Below are positions 36,867 to 51,590 of a DNA stretch of 64,000 nt, piece by piece; the first letter of the stretch is position 1, and the number at the start of each line of letters is the position of its first letter. The position numbers and the translations under genes are program-made. The DNA is taken from assembly GCA_002269645.1 (NCBI GenBank), contig NIVC01001708.1, forward strand, positions 1 through 64,000, read 5' to 3'. The notes beneath the pieces are model-generated. The model was not told the origin of the DNA. It did not search any database and saw only the letters and a list, made by a program, of their open reading frames with translations. The DNA is from Macrostomum lignano (lineage: Eukaryota).

Positions 36867-38477
36867 ATGAACAGTATATATCGCTTATAGTAGTATGAGA
36901 CTTACCTTTTTCCGCCTTGCAGTAAAACTTTCATTTTCTGTTGCAATATGCCTTATTCTATCTTTGTATGCCTTTGTATTTGTATTATGTTTTGCAATAT
37001 GTTGAATTGTTTTAATAAAATTTCACTCATTCTTTATTCAATTTCATTACTTAAGGGAAGCCAGATATAGCAGCCCTAGCTCATGCCTACGTAAATTACG
37101 CGCATTATTTTTCTTATATTCTTACTTAGTCTATACAATTACTTTCATAAATTCAATTACTCTGCATTAAACACTATTTTTATATATAGTCATGTCTGTA
37201 GTGCTAAACCGAAATATTATTGTTATAACGTATACGCCATGATGGCAAAATTTACTATAAAAGCAAGCTAAAATATACGGTAGAAAATCATCCTTCTGAC
37301 GTGCTTGGTATATGCAAGCTTCTATCCTATTCTCGAGCACTAGATGAACAGTTGTGCTAAAAATAGAACTTAGATTCATCAGTCTTCCTTCCTTAGAGAA
37401 GCGTACAATAGAGATGTACAGCCATTCCCTTTCCCTTGAGCGCTCCCCAGAGCAATCCAAGCCCGCGCAAACCCACTCCCCTTTGGACGTACAATAGTCT
37501 CAAGAAGCCCTTCCCGCGCTTCCCCAGACATAGTGATTGCCAAGCCTGCCCTGGCTAATTGTCCCTTAATATTAGACTCTTGATTCCGCTATGTAATTCC
37601 CAATGAAGCAACTTGCCCTCCCCGCCAGCATTCCCTATTAATCATTAGAATTCTCCACTAGCATGCCAGGCAACTCTAATCCACCGCGAAGTCCTTATCT
37701 CCCCCATTAATATCCTCCCGGACTGAATAGAAACTGTGTCTTGCCGCTCGGACACACCACGCCACCAGGAGCAACCTACAGTTTACTCCTATTAGTAGTA
37801 GAATTTGCACAATTTTTCCCAAAACTCAAGAAATCCTCAAAAACCCCATTAAAACTTAGTGACAAACAGCGAGAGTAACTTATTAACAAACATCCCTACA
37901 ACAAAGCATAGAATAAAACTTCCCTCCCCCACGACCCCTGCAACAAATACAACTGAGTAATAAGTATAAACTTTGTTCAAGTTATACTTTACCCATAAAT
38001 ACTTATACAATGCTACCTATACATTTTTCTTTACTTGAGCAGTCAATTTTTTAGTAACATAAGCTATAAGCTATATAAGCTAGTTTACATAAGCTATAAA
38101 AGTGAGTGTTAGTCATAGTAATTTATTTTCTAAATTTCAATTTCAGAAAATTTTGATTTTGAAAAGAGACAACTTTTGGATTTTGATTTCAATAGAAAAT
38201 TCACTTTCAGAATATCTCTAGACTCCTAGTCGTGTTTGCACAATTATATTCTTGTTAGGCACAGTCAGTTAATTGATTCAGTTAATTACTTTTCATAATT
38301 GCAGCTTGAGCTATACACTCTTTACAAATAGCCATGCCGTTGTCAAATATTTAATTTTTTTCTCTTTCTTTGAAAAAAACAATTTATGTTTCACATTTAG
38401 AAATTGCTAGTTATTATATTAAATTTGATATAAGCTTTCTTGGTTTGCTTTCTAGATTTTTTTTCTATTCCAACTAT

Positions 38478-38774
38478 CATAAATGCGCAACTTCCAAAAT
38501 TTGTTCAGCTGTGCAACTTAGTTTTAACAAAAATGTGACATTGTTTTTGGTCAGAAATGCAACTTACATGTAAAAGAAACCCCAAAGCAAAATTAATGCA
38601 ACTTTGGATAAATAGCAGAAGTAACTATGACTGTCTTATTAAGGCAAATAGCCCCATCATCTACTTAGTACTACTTTGGTATTTATTTGGGTGGGCATTT
38701 TTGCAACTTACCTTGGTTGGCCACCAAATTGGTTAGCCAGATTGGCCAATTAGGCCAACTGTTGCACATGTATG
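38478..38774 (-). mobile_element. MITE (old, CpG-decayed copy), 8-bp TSD CCAACTAT
   Basis: Inverted homologue of 40979-41276; termini CATAAATGCGCAAC...GTTGCACATGTATG; perfect TSD. Confidence 0.88.
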
Positions 38775-40978
38775 CCAACTATTAGACCAAAATGATTATG
38801 ACTAGGCCTAAAGTATCTATATGTATCAAGGCTATACAAATATAAAATTGATAAATTTTCAAGTTAAAATGTTATCAATTTTAATCTCAGCTTGCCTATT
38901 GCTTTGCTTTTTATGCATCTGATTACTTTTCTCCCTAACCTTTGTGTTCATCACTGCTTATTTATTTCTGTGCATAGAATTGGTCTAATAAGAAATGTAT
39001 ATTGGTATTTTGTTTTTAACCATGTTTAAAGTTACTAGGCATATAATATATAAATTATTTCAAAATAACCTAATTTTTATCATATAATTCTAAAGATATT
39101 TTCTTATAGATTTAATAAACTAGGTTTAAAATTATACAAAAAGAATATATACCTATATATTATATATTAGCAAATTATAAAATCATATTATTATGTTGAT
39201 ACTAGTATATAAAGCAAAAATTCTAATAATCTAAGCTACTTATAAGCATATTCCTAAACAAATTTTTCTTGTGATTTAAAAAATGTGATTTTAAATATAT
39301 TTTGGCATTAAATTATAATCACATTTTATAATTAAATAGAAATTTTAAATTCAAATCAAATTTATTTAAATTTTAAAATGAAATTATAATCACAACTATA
39401 AATGCATTATGATATAATATGATTACAATCGCATTTACTGCAATTTAATTCAATTTTTATTTAGTTGAAAAATGCATTTTTTTGCATTATGGGCTCATAG
39501 GATATAGTGAAAGATAAAATAATTTATTATAAAACTAAAACAACTATAAAAAAGGTAATTTAAAATGTTAAGCTTTTCTAATAATATGATTCTCCCTTAG
39601 AAGTTAAATTTCTAATTGTTGACATGTTGAAATTAATAACCTAATACTAATTTATAGTCAGGATTAGGACTTCTTGAACTTTAGGTACATAAATAAAATA
39701 TTTCTGATTTTCCAATTTCTTTGAAACTTTTGCCAGAGTCTTAGAGGCTGTCTAAAATTATATTGAAGGAAAAAAACTACAAAAAATTACCTTCAGAGTT
39801 AATAGGAGCTCAATTTTTTATCTCCATGTAATTAGTTATAATTTGATGCAAGGAGTTTTGAAGAATTGTATATTTGAAAATTAAACTTTTTTAGAATCAT
39901 GACTTTTAAATGTAAATATTTTCCACAATTTAGCAAATTCATTTTAAAAGGACATTTAGAGGGTTTAACTCCAATAAAAGGAATGTCTATTCTAATTTTT
40001 CTTCACTCAGTTTGTTATAGTATAGCAAAAATCCAAATCAGATTAGTGTTTTTTTTAATGTTAACTCTCTGTTTGCCACTGCCCTTCACCTCCTGCTTTT
40101 GATTTGCTGTTATTCTCTCATGGTTGTGACTAGCTATACATTCTTACTTGTTTAAACCTATACTCATTTCTACTAATCTAGGTTGTCTTCTCCATTCTGA
40201 AGATAACTACAGTTGCTAATATCAATTAGTTTGTTAGGATTATACTTTTTCTCTATGGAGGTGTTTGATAGGCCTAACTTGCTGAGTTTTTAATTTAAGC
40301 TTCATTAAAATTCCCCCCCCTGGACCTCCCAGTTTACAAATTTATCTACTTAATCTACAATAGACCCCCATGACCTTTCTATTGAAGTTTAGATGCATAA
40401 AATCAATCCCTTATAAAGATTCTCCCTACCCTAAATCTTTCATTCACCCCCTTTACCCCAATCCTTACCTTTAAGACTTGCCTCTTCCCCTTAGCCTCCA
40501 AATTTATCTACCTAATCTTCAATAGACCTCCATGCCTCTATTTAGGTATATAAAATCATTCCCCATGAAGATTCTCCCTATCCTAAAACCCCCTATTCCC
40601 CATGCCTTGGTGGTTGGCTTGTATTTGAATCTGTTATCATAGGAAATGCAATTTTAACATATGTCAATCAAAAAAGCCATTAAATATACTGGCAAAAATG
40701 CTAATAAAAAGAAAAAACATACCAATTTTCTATCAGAGAAAATTTTGTCTCATTGGAAGTTTTTGTCTTATCTAGGCCTAAACTATGCCAATTTTTTGTT
40801 TTGCACTATAGGCCTACTATACTAGATTTTTCTCCTTAGCCTACTGTTATGCTAGAATAGGCCAATGCGGCACACATCCAACCCTTTCTTATGCTAGAAT
40901 TTTCAGTGAAAAAGGCTATTCTCCTAACTATGGATCCTAAGTTATATATAATATAGTTAGGCAGTGCTTATCCCCACG

Positions 40979-41276
40979 CATACATGCGCAACAGTCGGCC
41001 GAGTCGGCCGATCCGGCCGACCGATTTGGCGGCCAACCAAGGAAGTCGCAAAAATGCCCACCCAAAAAAATAACGAAGTAAGAGTACTAAGTAGCTGACG
41101 AGGCATTTTGGCTTAATAAGACAGTCATAGTTACTCCTGCCGTTTACCCAAAGTTGCGTTAATTTTGCTTTAGGGTTTTTTTACATCTGAGTCGCATTTT
41201 TGGCCAAAAACTACGTCGCATTTTTGTTAAAACTAAGTCGCATGGCCGACCGAATTTCAGAGGTTGCGCATGTATG
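40979..41276 (+). mobile_element. MITE (young copy), 14-bp TIR CATACATGCGCAAC, 8-bp TSD TCCCCACG
   Basis: Perfect TIRs and TSD; 298 bp; hAT- or P-type TSD length. Confidence 0.92.
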
Positions 41277-42512
41277 TCCCCACGGTACCGTAGGAATAAT
41301 TTCTGTCTTATTCCAACGGTACCGTGCGAATAATTTTCTGCTTATCCGCACGGCACACTAAGGAGATAAAAGCAACTAAAAAACGATGCTTTAATATTAG
41401 TTTGCACCTTACGCTACTAGCTTAACGGGCTACACAATAACTAAGTCAAACGTAAACGAAAATGCCTGTTAAAAAATGCGAAAGTAAAATACAGTAAAAC
41501 AAATTACCCATTACCCTAACTTTTCTCATACACGTTAAAACCACTTGATATTATACATTATGGCAGAAGATGTAAAAGTAAGCTTAGCTATTGATTTTCG
41601 ATTCTCAATGACGGGGGTAGGGGTCGGGTAGTTTTGGGTAGCTTTTTGGAGTAAAACACTACCAACAAAAATAAACGTGAATTTCATCATAATCTTTCAG
41701 TTTTTCACCTAAAAAAATTCCACACTAAAAGCTGCATAGGTTAGGCGCATTTTCTGGACGATTTGAAGCCGGTAGACGCCAAAAATCATCAGGTAGCCTG
41801 TTACCCCATTTTTCGGGTAGTGTTTTACCCCTTACCCTACCGTTTGGACCATGCATTTCGGTGCCAGTGCTTTTGAGTGCCCGGCCTTTCGGTGCTCCAG
41901 ATTGCTTTTCGGAGCCCCAGTTTATTACGCCAAAGTTATGATAATAGAAAAGAAATCCTATAACAAATATAATAAATACTTTACAAAAAGTTTGATTTTC
42001 CTAACAGTATTAATTTTGTTAAACTGGCCGTTTTTTTAATTTAGAAAAGCCGGCTAATTTAATTGCATGCATTTGCTGTATGTATTCATGTAAATATACA
42101 ATACAATTGCTGGCTGCACTCAGCAAGCGTGCTAGTGCCATGAAGACTTAGTTAGGTAAAGTTGAAATCCATCAACGATGCTACATGTAGTTTTGATCGA
42201 AATTATGAAATGTGACAAGTCTACATGTATTTTAGTTAGTATTGATTTTTTGAATCACAGGATCGTTTTATTTCATATGTGACGAATAAAGGCGGGAAGA
42301 CGGTTTCGTATAGCGGTTAATTTAGATAGTTCACGATTAGTTAGCAGATCGGCAGGCCGCTTCCACCCTTAGACTTATAGTGTTACTTAAGACAGCTTAG
42401 ATTTAGATGTATAGAAAATTGCTAGGATTAATTCAGTTGATTAATTAATTGGGCCGGGGTAGGCGGCAGGAGAGTTGAGGCAAGCAGGCCGGATAGCTTA
42501 GGGGTTCGCGAG

Positions 42513-43452
42513 TAGGGATTCCAATCCCGGGATCCCGGGATCCCGGGATCCCGGGATTGGGGCCAAAAATCCGGGATTTGAATCCCGGGATTTTTTTGGG
42601 AATCGAATCCCGGGATTTTTAATCCCGGGATTGCAAAAGACCGGGATCGGGATCCCGGGATTTCAAGGCCTTAATCCCGGGATTGGTCCGGGATTAGAAC
42701 GACCTTTCAATACCTAAATTAGATAATTTAAAGTCTAAACGTTTATTTGAATAATAAAACATTTATTTGTTTTTGCTGTTTCTCAATGAAACGTTAAACA
42801 TTTGCAAAGCTCCTGTCCTAATTGAGCTAAAAATTGTTAATGTGAACTGTAAATTATAGATAATTTTAACTTTTTTTCGTTTTCTACCACGAGACGAGAC
42901 TGAGGGCCTTTTCATATTGCTTGCTCTGGTTCCAGAACAAGAACCAATTTGTGAAGTATAAACTTTTTGTCTCCATAACTAGAGGGAGATACGTGCTATA
43001 AAGTTTTTATTATTGAATGACAGTCGCCAAGAAGAAAGTGAAAAATTGTGCTAAGTGAGGCTGTTAAGGCAGTCAAATATTAACAGAGTTTAATAGTTAT
43101 ACTGCTGTTTTTCTTGGAATTCCGAACCGATTCTGGTTCTGGAATTGGTAATATGAAAAGGCCCTGAGACTCTGAGAGTCGCGAGACCATGACTACTGCA
43201 CGCGGCACGCCGCACAGTCCGTCTAGCAATTTAGGGATTCCAATCCCGGGATCCCGGGATCCCGGGATTGGGGCCAAAAATCCGGGATTTGAATCCCGGG
43301 ATTTTTTTGGGAATCGAATCCCGGGATTTTTAATCCCGGGATTGCAAAAGCACCGGGATTCCGGGATTTTGAATCCCGGGATTTCAACAGCATCGGGATT
43401 TCGGGACTATTCAATCCCGGGATTGTAAAATGTCGGGATTTTGGAATCCCTA
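42513..43452. mobile_element. hAT-type non-autonomous element with a duplicated left end
   Basis: TIR TAGGGATTCCAA, 8-bp TSD TTCGCGAG, many ATCCCGGGAT subterminal motifs; second left end at 43232. Confidence 0.85.
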
Positions 43453-44850
43453 TTCGCGAGCCTATAGAGCGAGGAGCGCAGGCACCGCGAATCGGCCGCG
43501 AGGCCCCTTTTGCAACCCCAAGGTATACGTAATTGAGCACAAGGAGATGAACCCTGGGGGTGCGCCCAGTCCCCGCCAGTATAGTCGGCTGCAGGTTCGC
43601 AGTGTGTGGAGGCATCGGCGACCCTCATCCGGCCGGAGTCCCGGACGAGGCGCGAAGGTCACGGATATTGTTCGGGTGTGGTCAGCTCGTCCATGCATCT
43701 GCTGGGGGTGGCCGAGGTATTTATGCCGCGCCCTTGTTGAAGTAAGGGCAGAAGGTGACGTGATGCTCCGCGGACTCCTATGAAAAAGGACAGGTGGGAG
43801 CTAGGGCAACCGGTTTGCAGCGAGATATGTCTCTGGAAGAAGCCATGCATGGGGCAGCATGGTCGGTTAGGACCATGCACATCTCCCGAGGTCGGTTCTG
43901 GTTAAGCGAGATCAGATAATCAGAGACTTTCCTGTTCAGATTAGGCATAGCAGAGCGGGTCTGCCCTGTAGTCGGTGCAGCTGTTCCAGTGAAGCTGGTG
44001 TTGCTGGGAGCCATCTGTTGATAATATGGTGGGTGACTTGTGACCTGGGAGTGGGTAGCCTCATCAGACGGTGGTTGCCGTCTGGGTTGCTGCCCTTCTT
44101 GGCGAGAGAGTCTGCGAGTTCGTTGCCCAGGATGTTGCTGTGACCGGGTGTCCAGATAGTTCTAATCCTGTTAAGGACTGAGAGAGATTGCACACTCCGG
44201 TGGGTGGCATTGAGATACTGTAGCAGCGGAGATATTCTCGGTGGTTAAGGCCTTAATAGTGGCTTGGCTATCAGTGTAAAAGTTAATATTGAAGTTATTT
44301 ATGTTCGCCTGGAGCAGGTGCTGGGCGCACTGCTCAATGGCGCAAATTTCAGCTTGGAAAACCGAGGTGTTCTCACCGAGGTGCAGACCTTCCTGGAAGA
44401 GCATCTTACCCTCGTGCACTGTTTAGGTAATATGTGCGTTTGTTGTATTTCTATTTTCGTTTTGCTCCTTAGTCCTAACAGTAGTACTACAAGGAAATCG
44501 TGCATGAATTCCAAAGGAGCTTTTGATAATATAGAGTGGCCCTTGATGACTCAGAGGAGGGTGGAAGGCCATTGCATGGGCGATTTGCTGGAAAATTCTG
44601 ACTGAAGCCACTCCTTTCTATTTAAAATTGATTTGAAAGCATTCCCTTGATGACTGGCGCACATACAGATGGCAAGAGGCTTAAGACCGAAGCATACGAA
44701 GCTAAAATCAAGGCGCGAAGATTGCGCAACAGGGTATAAGGCTCTAATCCTAATTGTTGCTGACGTGGGGTGAGATAGCTGCCGTGGTTTTGTAAAGCGG
44801 CAAATAAAAACCAACCAATTATCAGCTTTAGTAGTAGAAAGTGAGGAGAT
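43453..44850 (-). pseudogene. 5'-truncated non-LTR retrotransposon (LINE): RT C-terminus, RNase H, CCHC-like tail; 3' UTR probably continues past the MITE to ~42250
   Basis: [44 protein letters not shown]; PTCPFS*ESAEHHVTFCP; frameshifted. Confidence 0.85.
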
Positions 44851-45116
44851 CAAATCTTGAGGAAATCATGCAAGCGGAACCTAGCAACGAGAGATTAAGA
44901 AGCTTTATTTTATTCCACCTAATTTCCTTCAGTTCAGATTTAAAGGATTTAAGGCGATGTAGATATAGGGCTTTTTTTCAGTTCTCTGCACCAAAATCAT
45001 GCACTACTCATCTGAATCACACTTGCATCTGACGGAATGTGTTGGTCCTAATTACACACTAATATATAGCTATAGCCAGTGAATTGCTGGGTTAAAACCA
45101 ATTGCACAACTGGAAC

Positions 45117-45723
45117 CAGAGGCGTCGTCATGCGATGGATATTATGACTATAGGGGCAATAAAGCCAAGAATTTTTAATGACAATTAAATTCCTTCATTA
45201 TTTTGGGAATCAGTGTTGTCAGCAATCATTTTTGAGCTGCAGGCACTCATTATGGCGCAGCAGACACTCATTTTGGCGCAGCAGACACTCATTTTGGCGC
45301 CGCAGGCACTCATTTTGGCGCAGCAGACACTCATTTTTGCGCCGCAGACACTCATTTTGGCGCCGCATGCACTCATTTTGGCGCCGCATGCACTCATTTT
45401 GGCGCAGCAGGCACTCATTTTAGCGCCGCAGGCACTCATTTTAGCACCGCAGGCACTCATTTTGGCGCAGCAGGCACTCATTTTGGCGCAGCAGACACTC
45501 ATTTTGGCGCAGCAGACACTCATTTTGGCGCAGCAGACACTCATTTTGGCGCCGCATGCACTCATTATGGCGCAGCAGACACTCATTTTGGCGCCGCAGG
45601 CACTCATTTTGGCGCCGCAGGCACTCATTTTGGCCCCGGTGCTATATTTTGGCGCTCGGAGACAAAAATGGTTGATTAACGGGTCGCACAAAGCATTTCC
45701 CATCCTTGGCGGTGACGCCCCTG
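45117..45723. mobile_element. MITE-like element carrying the 21-bp minisatellite ggcgccgcaggcactcatttt
   Basis: Imperfect TIR CAGAGGCGTC...GACGCCCCTG; array at ~45230-45635; TSD only partly matching. Confidence 0.6.
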
Positions 45724-46890
45724 ACTGCACTGCGGATTATATTCTTTATTCAATTTACAATCGAAGCACAAAAACAGACAAACAAACAAAAACACAAAAG
45801 CATATTTAAATAATAAGCAAGCAGACTGGCACATATATAGAAGCCCTTCAAATGCAAAACTGATTCATATAACTTAAGAGTATACAAGTTGTTTTTGAAG
45901 ACCACCCAGTCTAAAAACGGAACTTTTGTCATGTCTGATGTCCAAAATAATTCGGTTACCCCCCTTCCCAAACGCTGTTTTCCCAAACTCGACAAACTGT
46001 TTATCCTGTTCTATATATATATTAGCCAATAGGACGCCTTGGTATTAGCTCAGAACAAAAGAGGCTTGAGACAGTGAGTCATGCTCGTTATAGTTTTTAG
46101 TTTTAGCTTGCTAATTTAGCAAGAATTATTTCGAATAGAAGCGTATAAATAATATTTTTGATCGTTAATAGCCAGTTAAATGGGAAAATTAAAACTTGGA
46201 TGATTGCCAAAATCTGCCATAAACTGTAAAGGTTATGAAATGAAGTCAAACATAGTTGAGCAGTCTGTTCTGTGGCTTGGCAGTGCCACAGTGGGCTGCT
46301 AAATAGACTGACTTATTCGACGCTTAACGGTGGGAACTCAAACAAATTATCCATTTTCTCAGATACTACTCCCTTATGCTCTGTAGACTAGGTAAGTAAT
46401 CATCAGTCTTATCTCGAGTAACTTATAGAAAGCGCTTCTAATGTGGTCCTGTCCTGTCCTGTCAGCTGTTCCGCCAAGGATTCAATACCGATTTCCAAGT
46501 CTTTGTATGCATAGAAACAAAGACTTATAAGGAATATAGTAGAAACAAAGACTGAGACGGGAAGGCAATATTCAAGGCAAGAAGTTCCATCACAGGCGCA
46601 TGCGACATAATTAAGAATTTGGGAATAGTTGTTTGTTGGCTTGGTCGACTCGTAATGGAATCGAAGCCAAATATATAGGAATCATGAGAACTGGACAGGA
46701 GAGAAGGGGAGCAAAGAGAATCGGGAGAGAAGGTTGCCAGGCATTGCGGACAATTCATCTCTTGCATTGGGGCGGAGCGCTTTCACAAGCATGGGATTTC
46801 ACATCGTGAGAATTTGGCAGAATCTGAATTCGTGCATGCAAAACACCTTCCACCCTTCTGGACAGAGCAGTGTGCCTATCTGTCTGAGCG

Positions 46891-48630
<1,740 letters not shown>

Positions 48631-48989
48631 TTATTCTGGCTCCAACGAAGGAAGCATACAGGGATGAGAACTAATTTTGCTAGCTAAATTAGTTAGTTTA
48701 CAAATCGTTAACTTTATTAATAAAAATTATATTTTTGTAACCAATTATTATTATATTATTGTTCCCAAATAACGGTGCAAAATATAACATCAATATTTAC
48801 GCATACTTAATTGTTGAATCAAATTTCATATTGTCGCTAACACTATAAAAACTTGAATATTTTTCCGCATTATCTACATATGTAACTTAGCATATTTACA
48901 GGCATTTAAAAGCAGAAGTAAACGAGATTGCTACAAAACAATATAAACTTATACACGCAGTGGAAACGGCTGTCAGTGCTGGTTTATCA

Positions 48990-49199
48990 TCAAAGTGCTG
49001 TTTGTCGGAAAGGCAATTTCGCCGCCGCAATTTTGTTGTCATTAGCAACGGCGCCGCCGGATCGCGAGCTACAACTTTTCGAATCGGCGCCGCTACCGAA
49101 ACTGTTGCTTAGCGACCGATAAGCGCCGCTGGGTCGGGTATTGGAGCCGCTGTCGCTGCGGCACAGCCGTCGGGACTGCGGCTGGCGAATCTGCTGCAG
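48990..49199 (-). CDS. ARHGAP19: ARHGAP19-like RhoGAP, probable last exon
   Basis: Acceptor cccttgcag|, phase 0 matches the previous exon, open to TGA; low-complexity tail. Confidence 0.65.
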   Translation of the reverse strand: MQQIRQPQSRRLCRSDSGSNTRPSGAYRSLSNSFGSGADSKSCSSRSGGAVANDNKIAAAKLPFRQTAL

Positions 49200-49497
49200 C
49201 TGCAAGGGCATCCGGGGGACGAGCGATGGTTAATTTTATAATTTTATTACGGGTTTGGCAAAACGCCAGTTTTGTCAGCTGGTTTAGCCTCACTCATTAG
49301 ATCAATTTTCTCTCATTCCACTTTTTTCTTACGGCAACGCAGACACCGTTATCTCAGGTGGGACTTGGCTGCCCGCTCCTAATTTCCCATCGCTACCACC
49401 TTATTTTCACTCGGTCACTCTTGTCCTGTCCTGTCATTTTGTCGGTTAATCTTTTCGCACTATTCACTCCGTCTTCTGAGCCTGACACTGTCCCTCT

Positions 49498-50995
49498 GTC
49501 TTCTAACACTGCCGACTGTGACTTCATCTTCTAACACTGCCAACTGTGACTTCATCTTCTAACACTGCCAACTGTGACTTCATCTTCTAACACTGCCGAC
49601 TGTGACTTCATCTTCTAACACTGCCAACTGTGACTTCATCTTCTAACACTGCCGACTGTGACTTCATCTTCTAACACTGCCGACTGTGACTTCATCTTCT
49701 AACACTGCCGACTGTGACTTCATCTTCTAACACTGCCAACTGTGACTTCATCTTCTGACACTGTCGACTGTGACTTCATCTTCTAACACTGCCGACTGTG
49801 ACTTCATCTTCTAACACTGCCAACTGTGACTTCATCTTCTAACACTGCCGACTGTGACTTCATCTTCTAACACTGCCGACTGTGACTTCATCTTCTAACA
49901 CTGCCGACTGTGACTTCATCTTCTAACACTGCCAACTGTGACTTCATCTTCTGACACTGTCGACTGTGACTTCATCTTCTAACACTGCCAACTGTGACTT
50001 CATCTTCTAACACTGCCAACTGTGACTTCATCTTCTAACACTGCCAACTGTGACTTCATCTTCTAACACTGCCAACTGTGACTTCATCTTCTAACACTGC
50101 CAACTGTGACTTCATCTTCTAACACTGTCGACTGTGACTTCATCTTCTAACACTGCTGACTGTGACTTCATCTTCTAACACTGTCGACTGTGACTTCATC
50201 TTCTAACACTGTCGACTGTGACTTCATCTTCTAACACTGCCAACTGTGACTTCATCTTCTGACACTGTCGACTGTGACTTCATCTTCTAACACTGTCGAC
50301 TGTGACTTCATCTTCTAACACTGCCAACTGTGACTTCATCTTCTAACACTGCCAACTGTGACTTCATCTTCTAACACTGCCAACTGTGACTTCATCTTCT
50401 AACACTGCCAACTGTGACTTCATCTTCTAACACTGCCAACTGTGACTTCATCTTCTAACACTGCCAACTGTGACTTCATCTTCTAACACTGCCAACTGTG
50501 ACTTCATCTTCTAACACTGCCAACTGTGACTTCATCTTCTAACACTGCCAACTGTGACTTCATCTTCTGACACTGTCACTCTGTCTTGTGACACCTTCAC
50601 TGTCTTCTAGCACTGTCACTCTGTTTTCTAGCACTGTCACTTCGTCTTGTGACACTGTCACTCTGGCTTCTTGCACTGTCACTCTATCTTCTGACACTTT
50701 CACTCTGTCGTCTGACACTGTCACTCCATCTTTTGACACTGTCACTCTGTCTTCTGACACTATACTCTGTCTTCTGGCACTGTTACTGTCTTGTGACACT
50801 GTCACTCTGTCTTCTTGCACTGTCACTCCATTTTCTGACACTGTCACTCTGTCTTCTAGCACTGTCACTCTGTCTTCTGGCACTGTCACTCCATCTTCTG
50901 ACACTGTCACTCCGTATTCTGGCACTGTGACTCTGTCTTCTTGCACTGTCACTCCATCTTCTGACACTGTCACTCTGTCTTCTGACACTGTCACT
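49498..50995. repeat. Intronic minisatellites: 28-bp unit (49498-50575) then related 21-bp unit (50575-50995)
   Basis: cttctaacactgccaactgtgacttcat x~38; actgtcactctgtcttctgac x~20. Confidence 0.93.
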
Positions 50996-50998
50996 TAC

Positions 50999-51373
50999 AC
51001 TATCCTCCTCCGCTGTCCCCTGGCAGGCGGCGTCAGCAGCAGGAGTGACAAGTCGAGTGCAGCTTCTCAAACGCAGCCTCTTCTGCAGAGAGCGATGCGG
51101 CTCCTGGCACTGCTTCTGCCGCCCCAGCGACAATCCGGTCAGCTTCTCCTGCTCAGCCAGCCGCTTCTCCAGCTGGCGCTTCCGCCGCGACTCCGGCATC
51201 CGGCGGATGTGGGCGCACAGTTCGGCGGTTGGATCGTCGCCGGCTTTGACAGCCGCAGCCGCCGCCGGCTCGGCCGGACGAGTAAATCGGATCGGAGACC
51301 CAGCTGAATCCGGCACTAGCAGCAGCAGAGCCGACCATTGGCCAGCCACCTCCTCCGCGAAGGTGCGGGGCAC
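50999..51373 (-). CDS. ARHGAP19: ARHGAP19-like RhoGAP exon (post-GAP region)
   Basis: Acceptor gcag|GTG, donor AGT|GTAAGT, 125 codons; TAELCAHIRRMPESRRKRQL resembles the conserved ARHGAP19 C-terminal motif. Confidence 0.8.
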
Positions 51374-51415
51374 CTGCATTGCGAGCATTGTGCACAATTC
51401 AATAGCTATATGCTA

Positions 51416-51590
51416 CCGGAGGCGCCAGCACCGGAGGCGCCAGCACCGGAGGCGCCAGCACCGGAGGCGCCAGCACCGGAGGCGCCAGCACCGGAGGCGC
51501 CAGCACCGGAGGCGCCAGCACCGGAGGCGCCAGCACCGGAGGCGCCAGCACCGGAGGCGCCAGCACCGGAGGCGCCAGCACCGGAGGCGC
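51416..51590. repeat. 15-bp tandem repeat ccggaggcgccagca x~12 (intronic)
   Basis: Perfect head-to-tail copies. Confidence 0.95.

Larger units (their letters stand above)
27298..37945 (+). mobile_element. Ty3/Gypsy LTR retrotransposon (Gypsy-2), older and decayed, with extra ORF
   Basis: LTRs 27298-28156 and 37066-37945 (~5% divergent by eye), 4-bp TSD AATA, PBS TGGTAGCAGCGGT at 28161 (tRNA-Leu-like), PPT-like TTAAGGGAAG before the 3' LTR. Confidence 0.95.
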
